From: Thermoanaerobaculia bacterium
GTDB taxonomy: Bacteria > Acidobacteriota > Thermoanaerobaculia > Multivoradales > UBA5704
NCBI GenBank assembly: GCA_035940855.1
Contig: DASZEM010000010.1
Location: 907 to 64,906 of the forward strand
Direction of reading: 5' to 3'
Length of the DNA: 64,000 nucleotides
Shown: one piece after another, positions 1 through 10,678 of the stretch
Layout: each line of letters starts with the position of its first letter
Numbering within the stretch: position 1 is the stretch's first letter
The notes under the pieces: model-generated
Told to the model about the DNA's origin: nothing
The model's database searches: none
What the model saw: the letters and a program-made list of their open reading frames with translations, nothing else
Position numbers and translations under genes: made by a program

Positions 1-520
1 GATCGTGGAATCGCTGGGCGTCGACCGGGTGATCTTCCTGCCCGACGAGTACCTCGGCAAGTACGTGGCCTCGCAGACCAACGTGGAAATCATCCTCTGG
101 AAGGGCCACTGCGAGGTGCACGAGCGCTTCACGGGCAAGGAGCTGCGCGCCTACCGCGAGGCCCAGGGCGGCGACATCGAGATCCTGGCCCATCCCGAGT
201 GCCCGCCGGACGTGCTGGCCGAGGCCGACTTCGTGGGCTCCACGGCGGCCATGGCCCGCCACGTGGGCGAGGCGCGGCCGAAGCGGGTGGTGATGATCAC
301 CGAGTGCTCCATGAGCGACAACGTCGCCGTCGAGTACCCGGACGTCGAGTTCATCCGCCCCTGCAACCTCTGCCCGCACATGAAGCGGATCACGCTGCCG
401 AAGATCCTGCGCTCGCTGCAGACGATGGAGTATAAAGTCGAGGTCGATCCCGAGGTCGCGGCCCGCGCCCGGGTGGCGGTCGAGCGGATGCTCGCCGTGG
501 GGAGGAGGGAAGGAAAGTGA
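1..520 (+). CDS. nadA: quinolinate synthase NadA, 5'-truncated by window edge
   Basis: [39 protein letters not shown] motifs; upstream of nadB/nadC. Confidence 0.95.
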   Translation, partial: IVESLGVDRVIFLPDEYLGKYVASQTNVEIILWKGHCEVHERFTGKELRAYREAQGGDIEILAHPECPPDVLAEADFVGSTAAMARHVGEARPKRVVMITECSMSDNVAVEYPDVEFIRPCNLCPHMKRITLPKILRSLQTMEYKVEVDPEVAARARVAVERMLAVGRREGK

Positions 521-2181
521 ACGGATTCGGCGCGGGTTCGAAGAGTCTGGGAGTGGACGGGATCTCGCGCTCCGAGGTCCTGGTGGTGGGCACCGGCGCC
601 GCCGGCCTGACGGCCGCGCTCGGCTGCGCGCCGTTGCGCGTGACCGTGCTGACCAAGGCCCGCCTGGGCTTCGGCGGCTCCAGCTCCTGGGCCCAGGGCG
701 GCATCGCCGCCGCCGTGGGCAAGGACGACGCGCCATCCCTCCATGCCGCGGACACCCTGGCCGTGGGCGCGGGCCTGAACGATCCCCACGTGGTGGAGAT
801 CCTCACCGCCGAGGGGCCGGAGCGGGTCAAGGCCCTGCTCGCCCTGGGCGCCCATTTCGACCTCGACGACACCGGCTCGCTCTCCCTCGGCCGCGAGGCG
901 GCCCACAGCCGCCGCCGCATCCTGCACGCCCGCGACGCCACGGGTGCCGAGGTCGTGCGTACCCTGGTCGAGGCCGTGCGCCGCTCGCCCGAGATCCGGG
1001 TGGTGGACGAGGCCTTCGCCATCGACCTCGTCGTCGAGGACGGCGAAGTGGTGGGCCTGCTGGCCCTCCACGCGGACGGCCGGCGCGTGCTCCATCTGGC
1101 CCCCGCCGTGGTGCTCGCCACCGGTGGCCTGGGTCAGCTCTATCTGCACACCACCAACCCGCGGGAAGCGACGGGTGACGGCCTCGCCATGGCCGCCCGT
1201 GCCGGTGCCCGGCTGGTGGACCTGGAGTTCGTCCAGTTCCACCCCACGGCCCTCGCCACCGGCGCCGATCCCATGCCGCTGCTCACCGAGGCCTTGCGCG
1301 GCGAGGGTGCCGTCCTGATCGACGAGAACGGCTACCGTTTCATGAAGGACGAGCACCCGGACCTGGAGCTCGCTCCCCGCGACGTGGTGGCGCGGGCCAT
1401 CTGGAGCCAGTTGATGGACGGCCACCGCGTCTTCCTCGATGCCCGCGAGGCCGTCGGCAACGAATTTCCCGAAGAGTTCCCGACCGTCTTCAAGCTCTGC
1501 CAGGAGCACGGCCTCGACCCCCGGACCGAGCCCATCCCCGTCTCACCGGCGGCTCATTACCACATGGGCGGCATCGCCGTGGACGAGCGCGGACGCACCT
1601 CGCTTTCCGGCCTCTGGGCCTGCGGCGAAGTGGCCGCGACCGGCGCCCACGGGGCCAACCGGCTGGCCAGCAACTCGCTCCTGGAGGCGCTGGTCTTCGG
1701 GGCCCGCGTGGCCGAGGACCTGCGGGAAGGCCTGCCTCTCCCTCGGACATCGAGAGCCCCGCGTGGGCGCCGCGCCGCCAGCGCCGTCCCGGGCCTCGAC
1801 GGACCGGCCGAGGCCGAGCTGACGGCCCGCGTCCGGCGGCTGATGTGGGAGAAGGTCGGCCTGGTGCGCGACGAAGCCGGCCTGACCCGTGCCGTCGAAG
1901 AGCTGGCTCGTCTCGCGGCCCGGCATCCGCGGGCGGCGGGGGAGGCCCGCAATCTCCTGGGGATCGGCCGCCTCGTGGCCGCGGCGGCCCTGGAGCGCCG
2001 GGAGAGCCGGGGCGGGCACTTCCGCTCGGACCATCCGGCCCTCGATCCCGCCTGGCAGCGGCGCCTGTTCCTCACCGCCGCGCCGGACGGATCGGCCCGC
2101 TTCGAGGCCCCGAAGCGCACCGCGACTCCCGCCGCGACTCCCGCGCCGGTCCGGGTCACCGCCGGGAGCCGCGCTTCGTGA
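517..2181 (+). CDS. nadB: L-aspartate oxidase NadB
   Basis: [11 protein letters not shown] motif, [60 protein letters not shown]; overlaps nadA stop. Confidence 0.95.
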   Translation: MNGFGAGSKSLGVDGISRSEVLVVGTGAAGLTAALGCAPLRVTVLTKARLGFGGSSSWAQGGIAAAVGKDDAPSLHAADTLAVGAGLNDPHVVEILTAEGPERVKALLALGAHFDLDDTGSLSLGREAAHSRRRILHARDATGAEVVRTLVEAVRRSPEIRVVDEAFAIDLVVEDGEVVGLLALHADGRRVLHLAPAVVLATGGLGQLYLHTTNPREATGDGLAMAARAGARLVDLEFVQFHPTALATGADPMPLLTEALRGEGAVLIDENGYRFMKDEHPDLELAPRDVVARAIWSQLMDGHRVFLDAREAVGNEFPEEFPTVFKLCQEHGLDPRTEPIPVSPAAHYHMGGIAVDERGRTSLSGLWACGEVAATGAHGANRLASNSLLEALVFGARVAEDLREGLPLPRTSRAPRGRRAASAVPGLDGPAEAELTARVRRLMWEKVGLVRDEAGLTRAVEELARLAARHPRAAGEARNLLGIGRLVAAAALERRESRGGHFRSDHPALDPAWQRRLFLTAAPDGSARFEAPKRTATPAATPAPVRVTAGSRAS

Positions 2182-3044
2182 GCGGCGGGTCCGTTGTCCA
2201 GCTTCCATCTCTGCATCCCCTCCTCTACGAACCGCTGATCCGGCGGGCGCTGGAGGAGGATCTCGGCCGGGCCGGTGATTTGACGAGCGACGCCGTCCTC
2301 CCTCCGCATCTGGTGGGGCAGGCCGAGATCGTGGCCCGCGCCGAAGGCCGCCTGGCCGGCCTCCAGGTCGCCCTCTCCGCCTGCCGTCTGCTCGATCCCT
2401 CCATGGAGATCGAGGAGCTCGCCGCCGATGGCGAGGACGTGGAGGCCGGCACCGTGCTCGCCACGGTCCGAGGCCCCGCCCGTTCGCTGCTCTCCGCTGA
2501 GCGGACGGCGTTGAACGTCCTCGGCCGTCTCTGCGGCATCGCCACGGCCACGAGGAACATGGTCCGTCTCGTCGAGCCCCACGGCGCCCGCATCGTCTGC
2601 ACCCGCAAGACCACCCCCGGCCTGCGGGTGCTCGAAAAGTACGCCGTCCGCTGTGGCGGCGGCCACAATCACCGCTTCGGGCTGGACGATGCCGTCCTGA
2701 TCAAGGACAACCACATCGCGCTGGCTGGCGGATTGAAGGTGGCCGTCGAGCGCGCCCGCCGTTGCGTGGGGCACCTGGTGAAGATCGAGGTCGAGGTGGA
2801 TTCTTTGGATCAGCTCCGAGAGGCCCTGGACCTGGGGGTCGAGGTGGTGCTCCTGGACAACATGTCCCTGGAGATGCTCCGCGAGGCCGTCGCCATGGCC
2901 AAGGGGCGGGCGATCACGGAGGCGTCAGGCGGGATCAATCCCCGGACGGCGGCGGATATCGCGGCGACGGGGGTGGATCTGCTTTCGGTGGGTTGGTTGA
3001 CCCACAGCGCTCCGGCTTTGGATGTGGCGCTGGATGTGGAATAG
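2178..3044 (+). CDS. nadC: nicotinate-nucleotide diphosphorylase NadC
   Basis: ALEEDLG..DLTS, TRKTTPGLR, HRFGLDDAVLIKDNH, EVEVDS, LLDNM, EASGGI; GTG at 2178 overlaps nadB TGA. Confidence 0.93.
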   Translation: MSGGSVVQLPSLHPLLYEPLIRRALEEDLGRAGDLTSDAVLPPHLVGQAEIVARAEGRLAGLQVALSACRLLDPSMEIEELAADGEDVEAGTVLATVRGPARSLLSAERTALNVLGRLCGIATATRNMVRLVEPHGARIVCTRKTTPGLRVLEKYAVRCGGGHNHRFGLDDAVLIKDNHIALAGGLKVAVERARRCVGHLVKIEVEVDSLDQLREALDLGVEVVLLDNMSLEMLREAVAMAKGRAITEASGGINPRTAADIAATGVDLLSVGWLTHSAPALDVALDVE

Positions 3045-3117
3045 AAAAGGCTTATAACCGCCCGGATCTGATCGCATTCGTCATCTCCGGGCGGCCGATA
3101 TAAAGATCGCCAAACCT

Positions 3118-4356
3118 CTACGGCCCGAAGTTACACAGATCATCCGCCCGCAACGCCCCGTTTCCCGTGCTGAAGCGGCCCTCGGCGGTCATGATGACGC
3201 TCACCCAGCCCTGGGCGTGGGTGGAATCCTTGTGCCAGAGATCCATCATGATCCAGCCGAACGGGTGCGGGGCCGGCAGGGCGGTGCTACCCATGTGGAC
3301 CTTCTGGGTCGCCAAGGGGAAGGCGTTGCCCTTCAGGATCTCCGTGGGGTTCTCTTCCTCGTCGAAGAAGACGAGCTGCATCTCGCCCAGCGGCGCCCAG
3401 GTGGGCGTGGTGCCGCAGGCGAAGGTGGACGCGGCGGCGCGGCGGTTGTCCCGCCAAACGATGAAGTCGGTGCCGCCGGAGAAGGTGCCGCCGTCCACGT
3501 AGCGCGCGTAGTAGAGGCTGGAGAGGGGCACCCGGTCGTCCCGCCCGTCGAAGCTCACGTAGCGGCCGTAGAAGGTGTACTCCCCGCCCGCGAAGAAGTC
3601 CGGATCGGCCACGATCGAGATGGCCGACTGGCTGTCCGACGTGTTCCGCTTGGAGTTGATGTAGTAGTAGTCGCCCCAGAGCGCGTTGTTGTCGCTCGCC
3701 AGGCCCGTCCCCCGCTTGGCGAAGTAGTTGGCCCCGGCCGGGGTGTTCGCCGTCGTCCCCACCGTCCGCGGGGTGCAGCGGTTCACGGTGTCGATGGTGA
3801 TGTAGCCGGTCGCGACGTTCGGTCCCAGGGAGCCGCTGCCGGCGCACTGCTGGGGGAGTGAAGTCCCGATGGGCTGGCCGGTGTGGGACGCCTTCAGCTG
3901 CGCGAGCTGAGCGGGAGTGAGGGGCTCCGCGATTCCCGCCGCCCCGGTGCCGGCGCAGCCGGTGAACAGGGTGCCGTCGCTCGAGAGCGATCCCACGTTG
4001 CTCGCCTCCGGCCCCGTGGCCGGCAGCTTGGACTGGGTGAAGACGTCGCGCAGGTTGAGCGTCTGCACGTCGTAGCCCGTCAGATAGATGTCGAAGGCGA
4101 GTGTCGGCACGCTCCAGTCGGTCCACAGCACCACGCGGGCCAGGGTGGGCTTCGAGGAAGCGTTGTTGACCGAGATCAGCGTGGTCTGCCCTTGCGGGTC
4201 GCCGAGGTCGACCTCGAAGTACGGGATCAGGAGGGTGGCCCCGGGCTGGTCCGCCACGCGGCAGTTGCCGTCCAGGACGCCGGCCCCGGAGGGAGCACCC
4301 GCCAGCAGCAGGGCCAGCGGGAAGAGGGTCAGGATCTGGAAATGTCTCGAGGACAT
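3118..4356 (-). CDS. secreted hypothetical protein (PGATLLIPYFEVDL family)
   Basis: Sec-type signal peptide, beta-rich sequence with paired Cys; no recognisable catalytic motif. Confidence 0.75.
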   Translation of the reverse strand: MSSRHFQILTLFPLALLLAGAPSGAGVLDGNCRVADQPGATLLIPYFEVDLGDPQGQTTLISVNNASSKPTLARVVLWTDWSVPTLAFDIYLTGYDVQTLNLRDVFTQSKLPATGPEASNVGSLSSDGTLFTGCAGTGAAGIAEPLTPAQLAQLKASHTGQPIGTSLPQQCAGSGSLGPNVATGYITIDTVNRCTPRTVGTTANTPAGANYFAKRGTGLASDNNALWGDYYYINSKRNTSDSQSAISIVADPDFFAGGEYTFYGRYVSFDGRDDRVPLSSLYYARYVDGGTFSGGTDFIVWRDNRRAAASTFACGTTPTWAPLGEMQLVFFDEEENPTEILKGNAFPLATQKVHMGSTALPAPHPFGWIMMDLWHKDSTHAQGWVSVIMTAEGRFSTGNGALRADDLCNFGP

Positions 4357-4493
4357 GGATGTTATCTCCCTGTAGTGCCTGGAGTTAGACCGGCGTCCGT
4401 ACCACCGCCTGTCCGGCTCCCCTCGCTGGCCCCCCTACTGCGACTTCCATGCCACGCCTCTCCCGACCCTCGCTGCGGTTAGACTAGGAGACT

Positions 4494-5444
4494 ATGAGCG
4501 AGACTCTCGTGCAGATCGGCAGCCGCCAGGAGAACCCGTCCGCCCCTCGCCGCGAGGGGAGGCCGGAGTGGCTCCGCATCCGGCTGGCGACGCCTTCGTC
4601 CTACCACCAGGTCCGCTCCCTCGTGGAGCGCCTCAACCTCCATACCGTCTGTCAGGAAGCCCGCTGCCCGAACATCTACGAGTGCTGGGGCGAGCACGGC
4701 ACGGCCACCTTCATGATCCTGGGCGACATCTGCACCCGCCGCTGCGGCTTCTGCGCCGTCACCTCCGGCCGGCCGCAGGCGGGCGTCGATCCCAAGGAGC
4801 CCGGGCACGTGGCCGAGGCCGTGGCCGTGATGAAGCTGCGCCACGCCGTCATTACCTCGGTCGATCGCGACGACCTGCCGGACGGCGGCGCCCGGCACTG
4901 GGCGCGGGTCGTCGAGGCCATCCACGAGCGCAACCCGGAGTGCGCCGTCGAGGTGCTGACCCCCGACTTCCGCGGCGTGCCCGACGCCCTCGACGTGGTG
5001 CTCGCCTCCCGGCCCGAGGTCTTCTCCCACAACATGGAGACGGTGCCCCGGCTCTACCGCCAGGCCCGGCCCGGCAGCCGCTACGACCGCAGCCTGGGAC
5101 TGCTGGCCGAGGCCGCGCGCCGCCGCGACGCCGGAGAGTACGCGGGCCGCGTCAAGACCGGCATCATGCTCGGCCTGGGCGAGACGGCGGACGAGGTCTA
5201 CTCGACCCTCACCGACATCCGGGGCGCCGGCGTCGAGGTGGTCACCCTGGGCCAGTACCTGCAGCCCACGCCCAAGCACCTGCCGGTGGACCGCTGGGTC
5301 CATCCGGACGAGTTCGCCGAGTATCGGCGGTTCGCCCTGTCGCTCGGCTTCGCCCACTGCGAGTCCGGCCCCCTGGTGCGCAGCAGCTACCACGCGCACG
5401 AGCACGTGCCGGCGGCGATTTCACCCTCCGGGGGGTTGGGGTGA
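4494..5444 (+). CDS. lipA: lipoyl synthase LipA
   Basis: CQEARCPNIYEC and CTRRCGFC clusters, VITSVDRDDL, HNMETVPRL, GQYLQP, GPLVRSSYHA. Confidence 0.96.
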   Translation: MSETLVQIGSRQENPSAPRREGRPEWLRIRLATPSSYHQVRSLVERLNLHTVCQEARCPNIYECWGEHGTATFMILGDICTRRCGFCAVTSGRPQAGVDPKEPGHVAEAVAVMKLRHAVITSVDRDDLPDGGARHWARVVEAIHERNPECAVEVLTPDFRGVPDALDVVLASRPEVFSHNMETVPRLYRQARPGSRYDRSLGLLAEAARRRDAGEYAGRVKTGIMLGLGETADEVYSTLTDIRGAGVEVVTLGQYLQPTPKHLPVDRWVHPDEFAEYRRFALSLGFAHCESGPLVRSSYHAHEHVPAAISPSGGLG

Positions 5445-6338
5445 GGTCGCCGCGGTGACCTTCCAGAGCCCCGCCACGATGAGCGCGAACCCCACGCCCT
5501 CCACCCAGCCGAACCGTTCGCCCAGGAACGTGGCCGCGAGCGCCACCGCCACCAGCGGCTGCAGGGTGTTGTAGGCCGCCACCAGGGCGGGGGAGGAGCG
5601 GCGCACCGCCCAGGAGCTCGCCGCGTAGGCGAACACCGTGGGGAACACGATGATGTAGGCCATCCCCAGCCAGGCCCGGAGGGGCACCGCCGCCGGTTCG
5701 AGCGCGGCGAGCGCCGGCACCGCGAAGGGCAGCACGCCCGCGGCGCCGAAGAGGAACGACCAGGCGATCACGGTCCGCCAGGGGATCCGCGCCAGCACGG
5801 GCCGCTGGAGCACCAGGAACAGGGCGTAGCAAAGGCCGTTGGCGAGGATGATGGCATTGCCCAGGGCCGCTCCGTAATCGGCCGAGAAGCGCAGGGGATT
5901 GACCAGCACCAGCGCCCCGGCGACCGAGAGGACGATCCCCACCAGCCGGCCCACCCCGGCCCGCTCGATGCCCAGCGCGGCGGCCGCCGCCACGGCGAAC
6001 ACCGGGACGGAGAGCATCAGGATGGACGCGTTGGTGGCCGTCGTGTGCTTGAGCCCGGTGATGAACAGCACCTGGTTGGCGAACACCCCGAGCCCGCCCA
6101 GGAGGGCGAGCACGGGCAGGTCCCGCCGCGAGGGGACGAACCGGTCCCGCCGCCAGGCGAGCGCCATCAGGATGGGCGTCGCCACTCCGACCCGGATCGC
6201 CGCCATGGCGAGCGGCGCCAGGTCCGCCAGCACCGCCTTGGCCACCACGTGGAACACGCCGAAGGAGAGCTGGACGAAGAGGAGCGTGAGGTGCACCCGG
6301 CCGGCCGGGGCGGGGGAAGGCGGTGGAGGAGAGGTCAT
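5421..6338 (-). CDS. EamA/DMT family transporter
   Basis: ~10 hydrophobic segments in two repeats; FLGER-type ending. Confidence 0.85.
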   Translation of the reverse strand: MTSPPPPSPAPAGRVHLTLLFVQLSFGVFHVVAKAVLADLAPLAMAAIRVGVATPILMALAWRRDRFVPSRRDLPVLALLGGLGVFANQVLFITGLKHTTATNASILMLSVPVFAVAAAAALGIERAGVGRLVGIVLSVAGALVLVNPLRFSADYGAALGNAIILANGLCYALFLVLQRPVLARIPWRTVIAWSFLFGAAGVLPFAVPALAALEPAAVPLRAWLGMAYIIVFPTVFAYAASSWAVRRSSPALVAAYNTLQPLVAVALAATFLGERFGWVEGVGFALIVAGLWKVTAATSPQPPGG

Positions 6339-6366
6339 GGCGGGCGCGAGGATATCGCGGGCCGAA

Positions 6367-6482
6367 CCCCCGCCTGGACATAAATACCCAGGCTAGGCAA
6401 AAACAGCCGGGTGAACCCGACTGCTGGAGTCCCCTTCAGGGGGCTCTTTTGACTAGCCCGGGCATTTATGCCCGGGCGGGGG
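6367..6482. repeat. REP/MITE-like intergenic element with terminal inverted repeats
   Basis: ccccgcctggacataaatacccaggctag is an imperfect reverse complement of ctagcccgggcatttatgcccgggcggggg; internal palindrome ccccttcagggg. Confidence 0.6.
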
Positions 6483-6583
6483 CGTGGCTCGCTCAGAACC
6501 GCATTGTGGATTTATGCCCGAACCGCTAGAATCCCGCTTGTGACGGAGGGCACAAAGTGCGCCTCTCTTCCCCGATCCAGACC

Positions 6584-7033
6584 ATGACCGAGACCACCAC
6601 CGCCGTCCGCATCCGTCCGCTCGACGAGTTGGACATCAGCGACATCGTCACCATCGACGAGAAGATCAGCGGCCGGTACCGGCCGGAAGTTTGGGAGCGC
6701 CAGGTGGGTTATTACCTACGGCGGGCCCCCGAGACCTCGGTCGTGGCCGAGGTGGACGGCAAGGTCGCCGGGTTCATGCTGGGCGAGGTCCGGTCCGGGG
6801 AGTTCGGGCTGGAGGAGAAGACGGGCTGGATCGAGATCCTGGGCGTCGATCCCGACCAGCGCGGCAAGGCGCTCGGCCGGCGGATGGCGGAAGCGGTGCT
6901 CGAGTACTTCCGCGCCCAGGGCGCCCACAGCGTCCGGACCCTGGTGGACGAGCAGATGGAGGACATCTGTCACTTCTTCAGCTCTCTGGGGTTCGAGCCT
7001 TCGACCCTCAGGCCTTTCGTCAAGACTCTTTAA
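6584..7033 (+). CDS. GNAT family N-acetyltransferase
   Basis: ILGVDPDQRGKALG acetyl-CoA-binding motif, GFMLGEV, FFSSLGF; alternative GTG start at 6557. Confidence 0.88.
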   Translation: MTETTTAVRIRPLDELDISDIVTIDEKISGRYRPEVWERQVGYYLRRAPETSVVAEVDGKVAGFMLGEVRSGEFGLEEKTGWIEILGVDPDQRGKALGRRMAEAVLEYFRAQGAHSVRTLVDEQMEDICHFFSSLGFEPSTLRPFVKTL

Positions 7034-7090
7034 AATCGTTCGCGTCCAGAGGCGTCCGCGGGCGCAGAGGGGATCGCAGGAGAGATTGGG

Positions 7091-8452
7091 ATGAGCGTGA
7101 AGACCAGCACTCTGCCGAAGCCGTACCACCAGGCCGTCCTCCGCTGGAGAGATGTGTTCCTGCCGGACTACAACTTTCTCATCGAGAACTGGGACAAGCA
7201 TTTCCCCACCGATCCCCAGTTCGAGCTCTGCGCCTACCGGGAGATGGGGATGTGCAGCGAGATCGAGTGCGGCGACTTGAAGGGCAAGCCCAAGGCCCAG
7301 AAGGCCTCCGAGCTGCAGCCCGAGCAGGCCCACCACCTCTTCGGCGCCATCCGCGCCCAGGCTTCGACCGAGTTCGGCTCCATCCAGCAGCACCGCCTGA
7401 CGCTCGCCCGCGCCCAGGAGGAGGAAGAGCAGTTCTGGATCCTCCGCATGATGGCCGAGGAGCTGCGCCACGGCTACCAGATGCTTCACCTCCTGGTCGA
7501 AGATGACTGGACCTCCGTCTCCAACAACCAGTCGACCTCCGACATCTTCGAGGACATCCTGTCGATGAACACGGGCTCCCACGTGCTGGGCGCCTTCAAC
7601 ATCGACTTCGACTCCTTCGTCGACAACGTCGTCTTCTGCGCCCTGATCGACCGCGTGGGCAAGTACCAGCTCCAGATGCAGAAAATTTCGGCCTACCAGC
7701 CCATGGCCGAGAGCATGCCCCAGATGCTGCGCGAGGAGGCCTTCCACCTCGCGGCCGGCGTCGTCCCCATGCGGCGCTGGGCCACCAAGGCCGCCAAGGG
7801 CGAGACCTTCGTCACCATGGAGATGCTCCAGAAGGCGGTCAACAAGTGGCTGCCGCGCGGCCTCGAGATGTTCGGCGACGAGCGGGGCGGCGGCTCCAAC
7901 GTGCGCATGGGTTTGAAGCCCCTGAAGAACGCCGAGGCGCAGCGCCAGTACTACGAAGAGGTCGAGAAGATGCTGCGCGACATCAATCTGCGGTACCTGC
8001 GCGCCCGCGTCGAGCGCCTGACGCACGGCGACTCCGAGGCCGTGCTCGACCGCATCCTGGCCGGCGAGACGGTCGAGGGCGTGCGGCGCGAGGACCTGCT
8101 CCACATTCCGCACATGGAGTTCTTCCGCCGCCGCGGCGTGCCCGCCTTCCGTATGGTGGGGTCCCAGGGCGAGACCTTCACGTCCGTCCCGGAGTACCTC
8201 CAGCACCTGATCCAGGTCCTCCCCGAGTCCTACCGCGCGAGCCGCGACTACAAGGACTACGTGGAGGCGCTGACCGAGGTGGCCGAGGGCAGGATGACGG
8301 TGGAGCAGGCCGTGGGCCGGATGCCGGCCCTGCGCCGCGTGGCCGGCGCCTGCCCGTGCTCGAAGTCGGTGCGCTGGATGATCGACGACCCCGTCGTGGC
8401 CGCCGCAGACACCTCGGGCGTGGCCTCCGAGCCCGCCCAGCCCGTGGCCTGA
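7091..8452 (+). CDS. BoxB/PaaA-like ferritin-fold di-iron (aryl-CoA epoxidase-like) protein
   Basis: STEFGSIQQ, EELRHGYQM, DRVGKYQL and MLREEAFH parallel the BoxB di-iron motifs. Confidence 0.7.
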   Translation: MSVKTSTLPKPYHQAVLRWRDVFLPDYNFLIENWDKHFPTDPQFELCAYREMGMCSEIECGDLKGKPKAQKASELQPEQAHHLFGAIRAQASTEFGSIQQHRLTLARAQEEEEQFWILRMMAEELRHGYQMLHLLVEDDWTSVSNNQSTSDIFEDILSMNTGSHVLGAFNIDFDSFVDNVVFCALIDRVGKYQLQMQKISAYQPMAESMPQMLREEAFHLAAGVVPMRRWATKAAKGETFVTMEMLQKAVNKWLPRGLEMFGDERGGGSNVRMGLKPLKNAEAQRQYYEEVEKMLRDINLRYLRARVERLTHGDSEAVLDRILAGETVEGVRREDLLHIPHMEFFRRRGVPAFRMVGSQGETFTSVPEYLQHLIQVLPESYRASRDYKDYVEALTEVAEGRMTVEQAVGRMPALRRVAGACPCSKSVRWMIDDPVVAAADTSGVASEPAQPVA

Positions 8453-8506
8453 GCCGCGAGACCCTTTTATCTTGAGAGAGCCATCCGGAGGGAGGGGCTT
8501 CCACCC

Positions 8507-9409
8507 ATGAGCGCGTTCAACCGCGTGCTGGTCACCGGCCTGCCCGCCGTACCGAAGCCCATCGTCGGCCGGGTGGCCTCCCGCTACGTGGCCGGCGAGA
8601 CCCTGGACGACGCCATGCGCGTCGTGCGCGACCTGAACCAGCAGGGCGCCATGGCCACCATCGACGTCCTGGGCGAAGAGGTCTCCGAGCGGGCCAAGGC
8701 CACGGCCGCCGTCGAGGAGTACCTGCGGGTCTTCGAGGCCATCGACCGCGAGAAGCTCGACTCCAACGTCTCGATCAAGCTCACCCTCCTGGGATTGAAG
8801 ATCAACGAGGGCTTCTGCCGCGACAACGTCGCCCGCATCGCCGAGACCGCCCAGCGGTTCGGCAACTTCGTCCGTATCGACATGGAGGACCACACGACGA
8901 CGGACGCCACCCTGCGCATCTACCGCGAGCTCCACGCGCGGTACGGCAATCTCGGCTGCGTCCTCCAGGCCTACATGCGCCGCACCCTCAAGGACATCGA
9001 CGAGCTGCCGAGCGAGAAGCCCAGCGTGCGCCTGTGCAAGGGCATCTACGTCGAGCCCCGCAAGGTGGCCTGGAAGGGCTACGACACCGTGCGGGCCAAC
9101 TACGTCCAGGCCCTGGAGAAGCTGATCGCGCGCGGCGTCTACGTCGGCATCGCGACCCACGACGAGTACCTCGCCTGCGCCGCCACGGCCCTGGTCGACA
9201 AACACGGCCTGAAGCGCGACCAGTACGAGTTCCAGATGCTCCTGGGGGTGGACGAGGAGCTGCGCCGCATCCTGATCGAAGCGGGCCACCGGCTGCGCGT
9301 CTACGTCCCCTACGGCGCCGACTGGTACCCCTACTCGATGCGCCGCCTGCGGGAGAACCCCGAGGTGGCGCGGCACGTCCTCAAGGCCATGCTGTCGGGG
9401 AAGAAATAG
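8507..9409 (+). CDS. monofunctional proline dehydrogenase
   Basis: RYVAGETL, SIKLT, VRIDMED, VRLCKGIY, IATHD, EFQMLLG, YVPYG..WYPYSMRRLRE. Confidence 0.93.
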   Translation: MSAFNRVLVTGLPAVPKPIVGRVASRYVAGETLDDAMRVVRDLNQQGAMATIDVLGEEVSERAKATAAVEEYLRVFEAIDREKLDSNVSIKLTLLGLKINEGFCRDNVARIAETAQRFGNFVRIDMEDHTTTDATLRIYRELHARYGNLGCVLQAYMRRTLKDIDELPSEKPSVRLCKGIYVEPRKVAWKGYDTVRANYVQALEKLIARGVYVGIATHDEYLACAATALVDKHGLKRDQYEFQMLLGVDEELRRILIEAGHRLRVYVPYGADWYPYSMRRLRENPEVARHVLKAMLSGKK

Positions 9410-9430
9410 ATGGCGTGGTTGCAGGCGCTC

Positions 9431-9499
9431 GTAGGGGCGGCCCCACGTGGCCGCCCTGTTCGGAGGGCACGCGGGGCGGCCACACAGGGCCGCCCCTAC
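9431..9499. repeat. GTAG-type REP doublet (inverted pair)
   Basis: gtaggggcggccccacgtggccgccc ... gggcggccacacagggccgcccctac. Confidence 0.7.
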
Positions 9500-9587
9500 A
9501 ATGGGCACAACCCTCGCCGGTTTGACGCTCCGGACCGGCAGTGATAATCTTTTCAGTAACTTGACCGACCCGGGACCTGTGGAAACC

Positions 9588-10589
9588 ATGGACGAACGGC
9601 ACCGCTCGGACTCCCGCGACGCCCTTCAGTCCCGGGGTGACTCCGACACCGACGACATCGACCTGACGCCGCTCCACGAGAGCGGCATGACGCAGACCTT
9701 CGAGAGCGCGAACCGCGAGCGCACCAGCGGGCCGATGCAGGTCGAGTCGGAGGCCGACGTCATCCTGATCGCCCATCCCGAAAACCAGCGCCTGGGCTCG
9801 CGCTTTCGCCTCTCGCCGGGCACCACGATCGAGATCGGCCGCTCGGCCGCCGTGGGCGTCAGCCTGCCCGAGGTCATGTCCATCTCCCGCAAGCACGCCC
9901 GGCTGCGCTACATCGGCCCGGTCGTCACCATCGAGGACCTCGGCAGCACCAACGGCACCTACGTCAACGGCCAGCCCATCCACGGGCGCACCGTGCTCAG
10001 GAGCGGCGACCGCTTCCAGACGGCCGCCGTCCACTTCAAGTTCCTCCATGAGCAGGACGTCGAGAGCGCCTACCACCTCGCCATCTACGAGCTGGTCGCC
10101 AAGGACGGCCTGACCGAGATCTTCAACAAGCGGAAGCTCGAAGAGGAGCTGCAGCGCGAGTTCGCCCGCGCCGTGCGCCACCAGCGGCCCCTGTCGCTGA
10201 TCATCTTCGACCTCGACGAGTTCAAGACGATCAACGACACCTACGGCCACCTCTGCGGCGACTTCATCCTCAAGCAGGTGGCCTCCCTGGCCCGCGACCT
10301 CGTGCGGCCCGAGCAGGTGCTCGCCCGCGTCGGCGGCGACGAGTTCGTCATCCTCGCCCCCGAGACCGGCGTCGAGGGCGCCCAGTCCCTCGCCGCCAAG
10401 CTCCGCGACCGCGTCGTCGGCTACGAGCACCGCTACGGCGACATCAAGATCACCGTGAGCTGCTCCTTCGGCGTCGCCGAGCTCGCCAGGAACATGACCG
10501 CCCCCCAGGACCTCTACCAGGCCGCCGACGAAGCCCTGCTGCTCTCCAAGCGGGGCGGGCGCAACCGGGTGGCGGTCCACTCCTCCTGA
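9588..10589 (+). CDS. FHA-domain diguanylate cyclase (GGDEF)
   Basis: FHA motifs IGRS, ISRKHA, DLGSTNGT; DLDEFKTINDTYGH..GD; RPEQ..ARVGGDEF. Confidence 0.92.
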   Translation: MDERHRSDSRDALQSRGDSDTDDIDLTPLHESGMTQTFESANRERTSGPMQVESEADVILIAHPENQRLGSRFRLSPGTTIEIGRSAAVGVSLPEVMSISRKHARLRYIGPVVTIEDLGSTNGTYVNGQPIHGRTVLRSGDRFQTAAVHFKFLHEQDVESAYHLAIYELVAKDGLTEIFNKRKLEEELQREFARAVRHQRPLSLIIFDLDEFKTINDTYGHLCGDFILKQVASLARDLVRPEQVLARVGGDEFVILAPETGVEGAQSLAAKLRDRVVGYEHRYGDIKITVSCSFGVAELARNMTAPQDLYQAADEALLLSKRGGRNRVAVHSS

Positions 10590-10678
10590 CGGATCTCAGG
10601 CGACCGGCGCCGGCGGCTGGCTCGTGTGCCAGGCGGGCGCCGTCCGGGACGCGCGATCCATGTTGTAATGTATGTCCC

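Noticed and set aside
6716-9589. Very long antisense ORFs (also 36197-38341, 51334-53514, 56104-58992, 59670-62621)
   Set aside because: Shadow ORFs of high-GC genes on the opposite strand; no motifs
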